Source: Williopsis jadinii
Lineage: Eukaryota
Assembly: GCA_024346625.1 (NCBI GenBank)
Contig: AP024664.1
Span: 1,798,001-1,862,000, forward strand
DNA length: 64,000 nt
Direction of reading: 5' to 3'
Position numbers and translations under genes: made by a program. Positions 33,074 to 43,082 of this stretch are shown piece by piece (the first letter of the stretch is position 1; every line of letters begins with the position of its first letter). The notes under the pieces were generated by a model, which worked only from the letters and a program-made list of their open reading frames with translations, did no database searches and was not told the origin of the DNA.

Positions 33074-34324
33074 GTGTCAGACGATTTGTATGAGATTCTC
33101 GGTGTGGAGCGTACAGCTACACAGGTTGAGATCAAGAAGGCGTATAGGAAGCTTGCCTTGAGTCACCACCCTGATAAGGCACCAGAGCACCTGCGTGAAG
33201 AGTCTGAGATCAAATTCAAGGAGATCAGCGCAGCGTATGAGATTTTGGGCGATGAGGCGAAGAGGGCACAGTACGATGCCGGTGGAGGAACGGGCAATGG
33301 GAATGGCCATGGGTTCCCTGGAGGGTTCGACGAAGATGAGTTCTTCTCCTTTTTCGGTGGAGGTGGTGCAAACGGGTTCTATGGTGGTGGATATGATAGC
33401 TATGGCTATGATGAGCCGCAGCCCGAGAGCAACAGAACTGAAGATGCAAAGCTGAACGTGAAGTGCACGCTGTCAGATCTGTTTAATGGTAAAACCGTCA
33501 AGATCACCTCCTCCAGAAACGTGCTGTGCTCTCAGTGTAAGGGAGCTGGGCTGAAGCCGAAGGCTCAAGGTTCAACGTGCCCTGCCTGCGATGGTCAGAA
33601 GCGTGTCAAAGTGGTGCATCGTATGGGCCCAATGATGATGCAACAGGTTGAGCCTTGTAAAAGATGTGAAGCACGGGGGAAGGTGTACAAGACCAGTGAT
33701 AAGTGTAAGAAGTGTAAAGGTGTGAAGGTGAATGAAGAGAAGAAGATTCTGGAGTTCGTCATCTCCCCTGGTGCGAAGTTTGGCGACAAGATTGTGCTCA
33801 GTGGTGAAAGCGATCAATCCCCTGGTAAAGTTACTGGAGATGTCATACTATCATTAGATGAGGATACTTCAGACTCTACGATCTTTGAAAGACGTCAAGA
33901 TGATCTCTATACGAAGGTAACCTTCTCACTTGAAGAGTCGCTGTGTGGATTCAAGGACAAGGTGATATTGAAGCACCTGGATGACCGTTATTTGAAGATC
34001 TCATCACCAACTGGCAAAGTTTTAAGGCCAAACGACTACATCAAGATCAAAGGTGAAGGATTCCCCGTGAAGAATACTACAAGACGTGGAGACCTGTTCG
34101 TTCTTGTTGAAGTTGAGTTCCCAAGTGACAATTGGTTCACAGAGCGCAGCGAGCTGAATAAGTTGAAGAACATCCTTCCAACAACACAACCTAACCGTGA
34201 ATTTGAAGATGTTGATTTGAAGAACGTTGATCAGGTTGACTTCTCCATCGTCAATGAAAACAATCAGGAGTTCAGAGTTGTCGATAACGACAATGCGAAC
34301 AGTTCCTACTGTGCGCAGCAGTGA
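33074..34324 (+). CDS. XDJ1: Type I DnaJ co-chaperone Xdj1 (start uncertain)
   Basis: J domain with HPD, G/F region, four CxxCxGx(G)-type zinc motifs, FPSDNWF, C-terminal CaaX CAQQ. No simple in-frame ATG; GTG 33074 used provisionally. Confidence 0.85.
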   Translation: MSDDLYEILGVERTATQVEIKKAYRKLALSHHPDKAPEHLREESEIKFKEISAAYEILGDEAKRAQYDAGGGTGNGNGHGFPGGFDEDEFFSFFGGGGANGFYGGGYDSYGYDEPQPESNRTEDAKLNVKCTLSDLFNGKTVKITSSRNVLCSQCKGAGLKPKAQGSTCPACDGQKRVKVVHRMGPMMMQQVEPCKRCEARGKVYKTSDKCKKCKGVKVNEEKKILEFVISPGAKFGDKIVLSGESDQSPGKVTGDVILSLDEDTSDSTIFERRQDDLYTKVTFSLEESLCGFKDKVILKHLDDRYLKISSPTGKVLRPNDYIKIKGEGFPVKNTTRRGDLFVLVEVEFPSDNWFTERSELNKLKNILPTTQPNREFEDVDLKNVDQVDFSIVNENNQEFRVVDNDNANSSYCAQQ

Positions 34325-34404
34325 TGGACCAAAAGAGACAGTGTGTATATACTCTACAAACGGATTGTTAAATTTGCATATAAAACTGAAAATTGTTTCC
34401 CTTG

Positions 34405-35073
34405 TCATTGCTCATCAACCAACCTGTGTAGTTCAGCATTTGTCAACCCATCGTGGTATATGTCCATCTTCTCCTTTGCCTTCAACTTTGACCCTACGGT
34501 CGCCTTCATGAAATGTGGTATCCTGCCGTTGTCGTCATCGCGTGCCTCGATTTGTTCCATCTCTTCGTCTGATTCGAAGTTCAAGGGGAACTCGTCGCTA
34601 TCGTCATTATGGTCATTGTCATTGTCATTGTTATTGTCTTCATCCTCGCACAACGCTTTGAACGGCCGTTTCAGGGGCGAGGCACTCAAGTTGTTCAAGT
34701 CGTCTTGCGTGACAGGGGTATAGTTCAATGGAATGTATGGTAACTCTGGCTGTGGTATCGATCTGTATTCCAACTCGTAATCATCGCCTTCTTCTTCTCC
34801 CTTGGAGATAACTTCATTCAGCGTACTGACATCTGGCAGCACTTTCATCTGCTTTCTATTAACCAGCTTCGGCGAGGCTCCACGTAGCTTCCTGAGCCTA
34901 TGAACAGGCTTGATGTTGTGATTGCTATCATCCACATTCTGCGTAACGTTATTCGTATCCTTACCACCCAAAGGAACCCTCACTCCTTTGCTCTTCTTTG
35001 GCGATACGTGGTTCTTACGAGGAGTTGATGGGATAACAGTGTTCTCCTTGTTGTGGAATGAGGTTTTCTGCAT
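34405..35073 (-). CDS. PDS1: Securin Pds1
   Basis: KEN box (NKEN), D-box RVPLGGKDTN, ELPYIPLNYTPVTQDDL, C-terminal GLTNAELHRLV; synteny with MRX14/MRPL1/TMA64/APC4. Confidence 0.8.
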   Translation of the reverse strand: MQKTSFHNKENTVIPSTPRKNHVSPKKSKGVRVPLGGKDTNNVTQNVDDSNHNIKPVHRLRKLRGASPKLVNRKQMKVLPDVSTLNEVISKGEEEGDDYELEYRSIPQPELPYIPLNYTPVTQDDLNNLSASPLKRPFKALCEDEDNNNDNDNDHNDDSDEFPLNFESDEEMEQIEARDDDNGRIPHFMKATVGSKLKAKEKMDIYHDGLTNAELHRLVDEQ

Positions 35074-35320
35074 CGATCTTTGGTAAGTGGGCACAGCCGC
35101 TGTGGTTGGTTGGTTGTTTTGTTGTTTTGTTGTTGTTGTTGTTGTTTTGTTGATTTTTGTGTTTGTTGATGCTTTTTGTTCTACTTTCCTATTTCGGTAT
35201 ATTGCCTATTCAGGACATTTGGTGCATTTTTAACATGTGCTACTGTAGTTACTACTGGATCATTGGATCCATTCGATCCTTATGTATTGTTTTCTTAACC
35301 AATTGGGGCCCAATGTGCTC

Positions 35321-35866
35321 TCATTCCTTCTTGTGCTTCTTGTGCTTCTTTTCTTTCTTCTCTTTCTTCTCTTTCTTTTCTTTTTTCTCCTTCTTCTCCT
35401 TCTTCTCGCTCTTCTCTTCCTCCACGATCTTCTCTTCCTCCACGTTCTCTTCTACCGGTTCATCAACATCCATCTTGTCCTCCTCGTCCCCTTGGACCTC
35501 CTCCTTGGCCTCCTCCGTGGCCTCCTCCTTCACTCCAACGCTCACCTCCTCCTCGTCAAATCTCTTGTGCTTCTTACTATTCACAGCTGTACCGGCAGAT
35601 GGAGTGCTGGCCCTCATCACGCTGCTGCCCTCTGAGGGAAGCCCTCTCAGGTCCCTCTGTATTCTCTTCAGCTGTGAAATGACACTGGTGTTATTCGAGT
35701 TCAGCACCTTCTGTCCAACTTGTCTCTGCTCCTCGTCATCCAAAAACGCCGTTAGAAACCTCTCAACAGCCTCTTTCCCTTGCAACGACACACTCGAATT
35801 CAGGTGAGTCGTGATTGGCGTGTTGACTGCCGATTGTGCAATCCTCTTCGGTCTGACCTGTGACAT
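35321..35866 (-). CDS. RPA14: RNA polymerase I subunit A14 with KKE-repeat tail
   Basis: VNTPITTH, FLTAFLD, VISQLKRIQRDLRGLP; RRPE-like (TGAAAATTTT) and PAC-like (GATGAG) elements at about 35939-35963. Confidence 0.82.
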   Translation of the reverse strand: MSQVRPKRIAQSAVNTPITTHLNSSVSLQGKEAVERFLTAFLDDEEQRQVGQKVLNSNNTSVISQLKRIQRDLRGLPSEGSSVMRASTPSAGTAVNSKKHKRFDEEEVSVGVKEEATEEAKEEVQGDEEDKMDVDEPVEENVEEEKIVEEEKSEKKEKKEKKEKKEKKEKKEKKHKKHKKE

Positions 35867-36164
35867 CGTCTATACCGCTAAAGCCTCTCTGTATACCTCT
35901 ATAGAGCCACTATATGTCAATCTCTCTACTGCTAAGAATGAAAATTTTCCAGGCCCGATGAGCTCCCGCACAGAAGGCAATCGCTCGGGGCAACATCTCA
36001 TCATACAGCCCACAACTCAGCACTGTAACGGTATTACGTAACCGAGAACTAGCGAGCCAATTGATGAAGAATATGGGCTGGATGTATACGCTTGCTATAC
36101 AGCTCCCCGAGGGCTTCCCATCAGTCTGCCCATGAAGCCTTAGCCCGCTGTCCTGTTCGCTGGT

Positions 36165-36268
36165 GCTGGGCTCTTTGCCGGCGCTGGGCTCTTTGCCGGC
36201 GCTGGGCTCTTTGCCCGTCTCTGTGCCGGTGATTTCCAGGCGGTGATTTCCAGGCGGTGGTTTCCAGG
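36165..36268. repeat. Adjacent short tandem repeats: 18-mer GCTGGGCTCTTTGCCGGC x about 3 and 14-mer CGGTGATTTCCAGG x3
   Basis: Read directly: 36165-36215 and 36227-36268. Confidence 0.9.
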
Positions 36269-36398
36269 CTGGGCAGGGCACACAACCAAGGGAAAAAAGC
36301 CAGGCCGAGCAGAAAGAAAATTACGCTGGACGGGCATTTTACTCCAACACATAACCGCCTTCAAGGACTCCATTCGGCAAGAATCTTCGGCTCTGACC

Positions 36399-36799
36399 AT
36401 GTTCTCAAGACTCTCTACGTTCAAGCCATTAGGGTAAGTGTATGCGACGTGGATTTGTGCGCTGCCAGAATACTAACAGTGTGTGGTCTCTGGTGTAGGG
36501 CTCGTCTGTTCTCGACTATTCGTCCAGTATCACCAATGATGCAACTTCGTCAACAACAGCAGCAACTGTCACAGCAGGTGGTGTCTCCTACGAGTTTTGC
36601 GCCTGTTAGTGCTCCGCTTGTGTCTTCTATTGTGCAGACCTTGCTTGGCCGTCGTTGGAAGTCCAGAGGTAACAACTACCAGCCAAACACTTACAAGAGA
36701 AAGAGAACGCTGGGGTTCATGAGTAGAATGAGAAGCAAAACTGGGAGAAAGATCGTCGAGAGAAGAAAAGCCAAGGGCAGATGGTACTTGGCCCACTGA
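36399..36799 (+). CDS. MRX14: Mitochondrial ribosomal protein bL34m; exons 36399-36433 and 36499-36799
   Basis: [49 protein letters not shown]; intron GTAAGT(36434)...TACTAAC(36471)...TAG(36498) restores frame. Confidence 0.9.
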
Positions 36800-36809
36800 G
36801 CTTGGCCCG

Positions 36810-36851
36810 CTGTGTCTGGTCTCCTGTGTCTGGTCTCCTGTGTCTGGCCTC
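36810..36851. repeat. 14-bp tandem repeat CTGTGTCTGGTCTC x3
   Basis: Read directly in the MRX14 3' region. Confidence 0.85.
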
Positions 36852-36946
36852 CTGTCTCTCTCCTCTGCCTACATCTACCAACATAGAGGCGTGTTTGTTC
36901 TGTACATATTGATTGAAAATAAAGATATCTAAAGCTGGCTCTGTGC

Positions 36947-38404
36947 CTATAAGAAGTACTTCTTCTCCTGGTCTTCCTTGGACTCTCCAACTTGTCCCTC
37001 CCATCCCTGTTCTTTCAGATACTCTGAGAACTCAACGTCCAACTCGTCCAATGAACGATATCCGTTGTCTGGGACTCCCCACCACACAACAACGGCTCCC
37101 AATAACGCCAGTCCTCCAGAAAGGAAGAAGGTATTTCTCTTGCCTGTATGGACCTGGATTGGTGTAAAGATCTCAGTTCCAATTGCTGCACCTGCTTTAC
37201 CAATACCAGCTGAAATACCGTACAGTGTTCCTCTGATGGCTGTTGGAAAACTCTCCGTGGATACAACTGATTGGAACGAACCAGGGCCAAAGTTGAGTAC
37301 CAGTGACAAGAGTGCATAGAAGATGATCAGAAGTGCTGGAATCTCTGTGAATTTCTCAAAGCACCCTCCCACGATAAAGCTGATTACACCGTACATGATG
37401 AAGCCACTGATGATGAGTTGTCTTCTCGTGAGATGAAGAAACCTGAACGCAACCATGGCTAAAATCGTTCCAAATACACCAAAAGATGATAAAAACAGCT
37501 GCCATTCACCTACTCTCTTCACAGAGGCATTTGGAATGGCAACTTGTAAGATGGAAGCCGAGAAGATGTTATTTGGGTACAAGATCATATCCATCAGGAA
37601 CCACATTCCTGCGGTGCCGGCAAACGGCTTCCAATACTTCTTCATAACCAAGACGTATGGAACTTTCTTCTTGATTGCGTTTTCCTTGTACGACTGAGAA
37701 TGATCCAATCTCCATCTGAAGTAGAAGATGCTTAACGGTATAAACGCACCAATGGCGAAAAGAGTTCTCCATGTACCGTTATAGTTGTCCTTCCAAATGG
37801 CCTGAACTATCAAAAAGACAATGGTGGAAACCGGAACACCCAGCGAAATAGGTAGGTTAGTTGCACAGATGAAAGGTATGATACGCTTGTTGTGGTCGAG
37901 CTTCTCGTTAGCTGTCTCCATCGCAGAAGTTCCTGCACATGGATATTCACCACCAACTCCAAACCCAGCAATTCCACGACCGATGATAAGCATCCATAGT
38001 AACTTGTCCACTGAAGAACCTTGGGCACATGCACACACGATGGAGCCAGCTATGATGAAGAGCGTCGTGAATATGAAGGCCTGTTTACGGCCCCAACGGT
38101 CGCAGACAAACCCGAGGATCACTTGGCCGATGATATTGGCAACAAGCATCGAATTTGAAACCATCGTCTTGTAACTCGTGGAGTAGGAGGAACCGAGCAC
38201 TTGTCCCAACAGCACGTTTGTCATCGTCATCACACCTTGCTGGTACCCATCAGACATGAGAGCAGCACCACCAGTAAGCACACCAGCATACTTGTGGAAC
38301 TTGGACTCCTTCTTCGTTTGACAACCGTCTGGAGATTGGTCCAACTCCAAAGATCTCTCTTCCGTGGTTACCTCGAACTGTTTTTTGTTCTCATCAATGG
38401 ACAT
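36947..38404 (-). CDS. GIT1: Glycerophosphodiester/phosphate transporter, MFS (Git1-like)
   Basis: GAALMSDGYQ, CDRWGRK, GFGVGGEYP, NFGPG, ESFPTAIRGTLYGISAGIGKAGA, GTEIFTPIQ. Confidence 0.8.
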   Translation of the reverse strand: MSIDENKKQFEVTTEERSLELDQSPDGCQTKKESKFHKYAGVLTGGAALMSDGYQQGVMTMTNVLLGQVLGSSYSTSYKTMVSNSMLVANIIGQVILGFVCDRWGRKQAFIFTTLFIIAGSIVCACAQGSSVDKLLWMLIIGRGIAGFGVGGEYPCAGTSAMETANEKLDHNKRIIPFICATNLPISLGVPVSTIVFLIVQAIWKDNYNGTWRTLFAIGAFIPLSIFYFRWRLDHSQSYKENAIKKKVPYVLVMKKYWKPFAGTAGMWFLMDMILYPNNIFSASILQVAIPNASVKRVGEWQLFLSSFGVFGTILAMVAFRFLHLTRRQLIISGFIMYGVISFIVGGCFEKFTEIPALLIIFYALLSLVLNFGPGSFQSVVSTESFPTAIRGTLYGISAGIGKAGAAIGTEIFTPIQVHTGKRNTFFLSGGLALLGAVVVWWGVPDNGYRSLDELDVEFSEYLKEQGWEGQVGESKEDQEKKYFL

Positions 38405-38582
38405 CGTGTAGAAGCTGCTTGGAACACACGAAATGGCTTAGAGTGATCCCTGACAGCCAACATGGCCTGTTTTATACTCGCAATACCTCAATGCTCTGTC
38501 CATACGTGTCGAATAGTGTGAATGGTGTGAACTGTCTAAACTGTATGAACATGTACATGTGCAAGGCTATGGGAGAGTCGTT

Positions 38583-39128
38583 CACGTGGGTGCTTGATCA
38601 ATTAACTGCGGACACGACCTTGCTGGATAAAGCATGCTGTGCCTCACTGCCATCGATTCAAGCTACGCATGGTCTCTACAGACGGAGCTGTGTTCCCTAC
38701 AGTAGCAAAACTTGATGCTTCTATTCGTTTAAATCTGTTATCAACTTCCGCAAAATAAGCTATAACGTTTCTGCGGACGCATGCACAATGGCGCGCACGT
38801 AGCAGCGTCGTTGTCCCGCAACGATAGCCCCGGTAACGATGGTCCGCCGGCGGTGTTTACCAAACGCTTGCATAATTGATACATCTTTCTCAACCAACGT
38901 GGGCTCAATCATTGGATTAAAAGACCAATCACATGGGAGTTTTACCAGCTGTGATGCTTCTCTTATCGTGTCAGTTCCAGTGGAGGTGATTCACACGCTC
39001 TTAATGCATAATGTGGTGCTGGTAAGGCTTCTATTGTCTACGAAAGGTACTTTTCACGGGAATGTGTGCTACGACATTTGAAGGTCTGCATGTACAGCAG
39101 TGTATATAGTGGTAGTGTCACACGTGGG
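38583..39128. promoter_or_regulatory. Pho4-type bHLH sites in the divergent GIT1/phoD promoter
   Basis: CACGTGGG at 38583 and 39121, AACGTG at 38896; TATAAA at 39139. Confidence 0.65.
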
Positions 39129-39241
39129 AAGACGAGATTATAAAGATGAACTCTGATGGTGTAGTGAGGATTTTCTTTTCCTTCTTTCCCTCTGCGCTCA
39201 ATTGGGTTCGCTTGTTCTTCGTCAAAGCACACGCCAGGTTG

Positions 39242-40975
39242 ATGATCCGAAGCACTACTCCACTATTGGTGCTGGCACTTGCCTTGGTGGCTTGGTTAGG
39301 CTTTAGCAATGACGATGAGAGGCTCTTTGAGAATATGAACTTTGAACTGCTGGATAGAACAGTCTGGACTTTGCCTGAAGACTACTGGAACCATGGGCTT
39401 GCTAGTCGCAATGAATGGGCAATTGACAATGATGTGCCTGTTCAGTTCAGGCACGGTGTTGCGTCTGGAGACCCAACTCAGGACACTGTTATCCTGTGGA
39501 CACGAATAAGCCCTTCGAACACTGTTGAAATATCCAATACCACGCTGATTCCAGTGTGGTTTATAATTCGTGAAGCTGGATCAGAGAACTTGGTGCTGCA
39601 AGGAAAGACATATACAAATGGTCTTGTCGACTATACTGTGAAGCTTGATATCCAGGGCCTTTCACCAAACTCATCCTACAGCTATATCTTCTTCAATGAT
39701 TATTCTAAGTCCACACTTGGTCTTACAAGAACTTTGCCTCTGGACGACGAGTTGGACTCGCTGAAATTGGCCGTCTATTCATGTGCGAATTATGCTGGTG
39801 GGTATTACCATGCGTATAAGATGCCAGTCGTTAAGGAAAGCGTTGATTTTGTTGTCCATCTTGGTGATTATATCTACGAATACGCCAATGGTGAATATAC
39901 AAACGGCACTCATCTAGACAGAGACCATAAGCCGGAGCACGAGTGTTACTCATTGGAGGACTATCGTACTCGTTACTCACTGTACCGTTCTGATATGGCC
40001 CTACAAGAATCGCACGCACGCTTTCCATGGATTCTAGTATGGGACGACCATGAGGTCACAGACAATTCATGGCTACGTGGGTCTGTTCATACAAAGGGTT
40101 ATGAATTTTTGAAGAGACGTGACGCTGCGACTCAGGCCTATTTCGAATGGCTACCAATTAGACATCAGCGTGATATCAACAAGATCTGGAGGTCCTTCAA
40201 GTTTGGCTCGTTGTTCAAATTACATATGCTTGACACCAGGCACTACTCTCGTGACATCACAGACTACTACACAAACCAGGACTTCATCAGTGGGATAAAG
40301 GAGTACGACGATAGAACCATGCTAGGGTATGATCAAGAGACATGGTTAGAGAGACAACTCGTCAAAAACGACACCGTCTGGGATTTGATCTCCAGCCAGT
40401 GTGTCGTCCGAGATATCAACTTCACGCTTCCAGAGACCGGGGGGATCGGCTTCCCCTTCGAAGAGCTGAACCAGGATGCGTGGGATGGATACGTTGCCAA
40501 TAGAAACCGGCTGTTGAACTTCCTCCAGGCAAACCACCTGAAGAACTCTGTTCTGCTAAGTGGCGACTTCCACATTGCCATTGTGAGTGAGCTGAAGCTC
40601 GCCAACGGCACGTATAGCGTGAACACCGGCGAGGGCTCAGTCATTGTGGAGTTCACCACAAGTGCCGTGAGCTCACCGTCAACGTTTCCCAGAAACCAAT
40701 CTGAAGGCCAAGCTCTTGCGATGTCTCAAGAGCTCGTCCGCGAGAACAACCTCATCTGGAACGAGGGCTACCTCAGGGGTTACTACGAGCTCTGCATCGC
40801 CAGGGATCAGATCCAAGCAGACTACTTCGGCGTCGACGTCCAATCGTCACAATTGCACGAGCAGCATCTGGCGCACTTCGTCATTAAAAAGGACACGGGA
40901 CACATAGCCAGAGACTCCATCGTCGTCCATAAAGGTGCATTGAACACGGCACTGTCCAATGGCCTCACCCAGTAG
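39242..40975 (+). CDS. PhoD-family alkaline phosphatase/phosphodiesterase, secreted or membrane-anchored
   Basis: HGVASGDP, VILWTR, SCANY, HLGDYIYE, WDDHEVTDNSW, LDTR, DAWDGY, SGDFH; hydrophobic signal after ATG 39242; many N-x-S/T sites. ATG 39146 abuts the TATA box and is less likely. Confidence 0.92.
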   Translation: MIRSTTPLLVLALALVAWLGFSNDDERLFENMNFELLDRTVWTLPEDYWNHGLASRNEWAIDNDVPVQFRHGVASGDPTQDTVILWTRISPSNTVEISNTTLIPVWFIIREAGSENLVLQGKTYTNGLVDYTVKLDIQGLSPNSSYSYIFFNDYSKSTLGLTRTLPLDDELDSLKLAVYSCANYAGGYYHAYKMPVVKESVDFVVHLGDYIYEYANGEYTNGTHLDRDHKPEHECYSLEDYRTRYSLYRSDMALQESHARFPWILVWDDHEVTDNSWLRGSVHTKGYEFLKRRDAATQAYFEWLPIRHQRDINKIWRSFKFGSLFKLHMLDTRHYSRDITDYYTNQDFISGIKEYDDRTMLGYDQETWLERQLVKNDTVWDLISSQCVVRDINFTLPETGGIGFPFEELNQDAWDGYVANRNRLLNFLQANHLKNSVLLSGDFHIAIVSELKLANGTYSVNTGEGSVIVEFTTSAVSSPSTFPRNQSEGQALAMSQELVRENNLIWNEGYLRGYYELCIARDQIQADYFGVDVQSSQLHEQHLAHFVIKKDTGHIARDSIVVHKGALNTALSNGLTQ

Positions 40976-41254
40976 CCATTGGCCACCAGCCATTTGCCCA
41001 CATCCCATCCATAGAAACCCCATATATAACATGAACAAGTTGATCTGTAGTGCTTCGGTGCGGTAAACGCGACTTTGACCTTCGTAATCAACCTGCGCTG
41101 CGCGGTCCATCGGGTATTGACTTTAATGCCTGGTCCCTTTCGTTGATAGGACGATTGTGAAACTAACAAAATCCACACTTTAAAGAATTTTCTAAAACTG
41201 TAGCGTAAGATTTCGTATGTGTAGTCACAAGCGTGTGTATGGTGTGTATATGTC

Positions 41255-43082
41255 AGAATGATACTAATTTGAGTACCGTTAGTATGGAAAAGATTTGGCT
41301 CACCCTTCAGTTATTAGAACAACACATCTCAAAGATAAAAAAACACTCTTAGACATAATATTGATAAGAGTGAAGCCACTTGTAGATTTTTCCTTTATAC
41401 GTGTACTGAAAATGAAGTCTGTTTTGCTATTATGTTCCTGCGCGCCAAATCAAACTCTTAAACCTCTAGTAATAAAGAAGTATGATGTTCTGAATTTGTT
41501 GGTGCTGTTGGTTCAATATTGGTAAATTGAACAATGGTCTTTTCTCTTGTTGAGCCCATCTCTGTAATTTCCTGTTGAACAATTTCTCTAGCGGTATATA
41601 ACAGCTGTGCATAATGATTATTTGGAGAGGGAATCCACCAATTTTGCTAATGTAGTCCTCAAGTGTATTATATTCTTCATCTTTTTGAAGAACACCTCTA
41701 AGCAATTCAAGATGACGATTTGTAGCTAATCCTGGATCTAGTGTATAAATTTCTGCAAACCTCGTTTAGCCATTTTCCTAAGCTATCAGACCATCAAATA
41801 TATGGAATAAACGTCCATTGATGGTCATTGAGGAAGTTCCACCTCTCGAATCATCAGTACTTTTAGAATCCAAAGATGATAGTGAAAGAACTGTACTGAT
41901 TTTTCAAGAATATTTGGACGTGATTGGATCCAATAAGATGTCCTTCATGTACTGTGGAGGTTCTTTGAATATCTCACCGGGTAAAACTTTTCCCCGATCA
42001 CAACAAAAAGATCGTAATTCTGCATCGATAAGGAGAGCATGGCAATAATCCCAACACTTTTCAAGTCCTGGATTATACACTGAGCTCCGCGGTCTCTGTG
42101 GTCTCCGCTGTTGTTGTTAGTAATAAACTGGATCATCATTCTCATTGAGACCGTTGGTGTCATCCTCAATGATGTTTTCAGAGTTGGGATCATGGTCAAA
42201 AGTACCATCATATCTAATTTCTTCTAATGCTCTTTCTGCTACCTGTGCTGCGTTTCTTTGCCTATCTCTTATTCTATCAGCCATAGTTCCATTATCAGGT
42301 TCAGGTATTGGCGACTGTTGTGGCAAGTCTGTGATCTCTGCATGGGTATTCTGTGACAGAGCTTGGAGGTTTCTTTGCTCCATATCTTACTCTTATAACA
42401 GCTCGGTTAGTCTGTCTCAATAACTGCTGAGTCTTCTTGTTGTCTCGTACCTCCAGTCGTTTGAACTTGCCGCTGTGGCTCTTGATTAGCCGCTGATGTT
42501 TCTTCCTCAAGTTGAGGACGCCGTCGGATGACCCCAGTAAAAGTCCTCTGGAGTTTCTTTGGCTGTCACCCAGCCATCGTTCTTTGCTTGCTTAATCCTT
42601 TGTTTCTGGCCATTGTTTGGTGATGTTTTAAACATTGTGTATAAAGCTGTATTGGTTTTGTGTCATTTCGTGTTGATAAGAATTCAAAATGTAAACAATA
42701 CCTACAGAATTAGAAACATCCTTACATCTTTACGATTGCTAAGGCAACGGAGAACCAGAATTACATATATAACGCAACACGTTCTGATTTAATTTAAAAG
42801 AGCCATCGATCCAATCAAGCCAAAGTTAGTGTTTATGATGATATCGATCTGATCTCCTGCTTTTCTCCTCAGTTTTCCCAATTTCTGTTTTGTTGCTGAG
42901 GTATAACCAAATCTATATGTTTCTCTCGATTACAACATACAAACTATGAATTGGTATATCTCAGAAACCATCAAAGATTACATTCCCATACTTTGCCTAT
43001 CCCTTAATTCGGGTAAGAGCTACATTTTGGCATACTTTAGGAACTTTGAATACGGGTCTACTGTTTTTATTAGTATCATTCT
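41255..43082 (-). mobile_element. Degenerate, internally deleted Helitron/Helentron-type rolling-circle transposon
   Basis: Read-through minus-strand translation of about 42613-41458 gives RepHel N-terminal motifs (C...CHALL...E...CC..GKV, PP, SMTINGRLFH, RFAEIYTLD, NNHYAQLLYTARE, APTNSE) with stops and frameshifts; perfect 14-bp inverted repeat at 41255-41268 and 43069-43082; AT-rich relative to flanks. Confidence 0.78.

Noticed and set aside
35074..35094. GTG-initiated extension of PDS1
   Set aside because: An in-frame ATG at 35073 precedes the KEN box, so no non-AUG start is needed
35157..35807. Hydrophobic F/S/L-rich ORFs, and similar antisense ORFs over SNF6, AGE2, NPR3 and TMA64
   Set aside because: Antisense shadows of K/E/Q-rich real genes
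41255..43082. Cut-and-paste TIR transposon or MITE reading of the 14-bp inverted repeat
   Set aside because: No target-site duplication, and the internal coding relic resembles RepHel, not a DDE transposase
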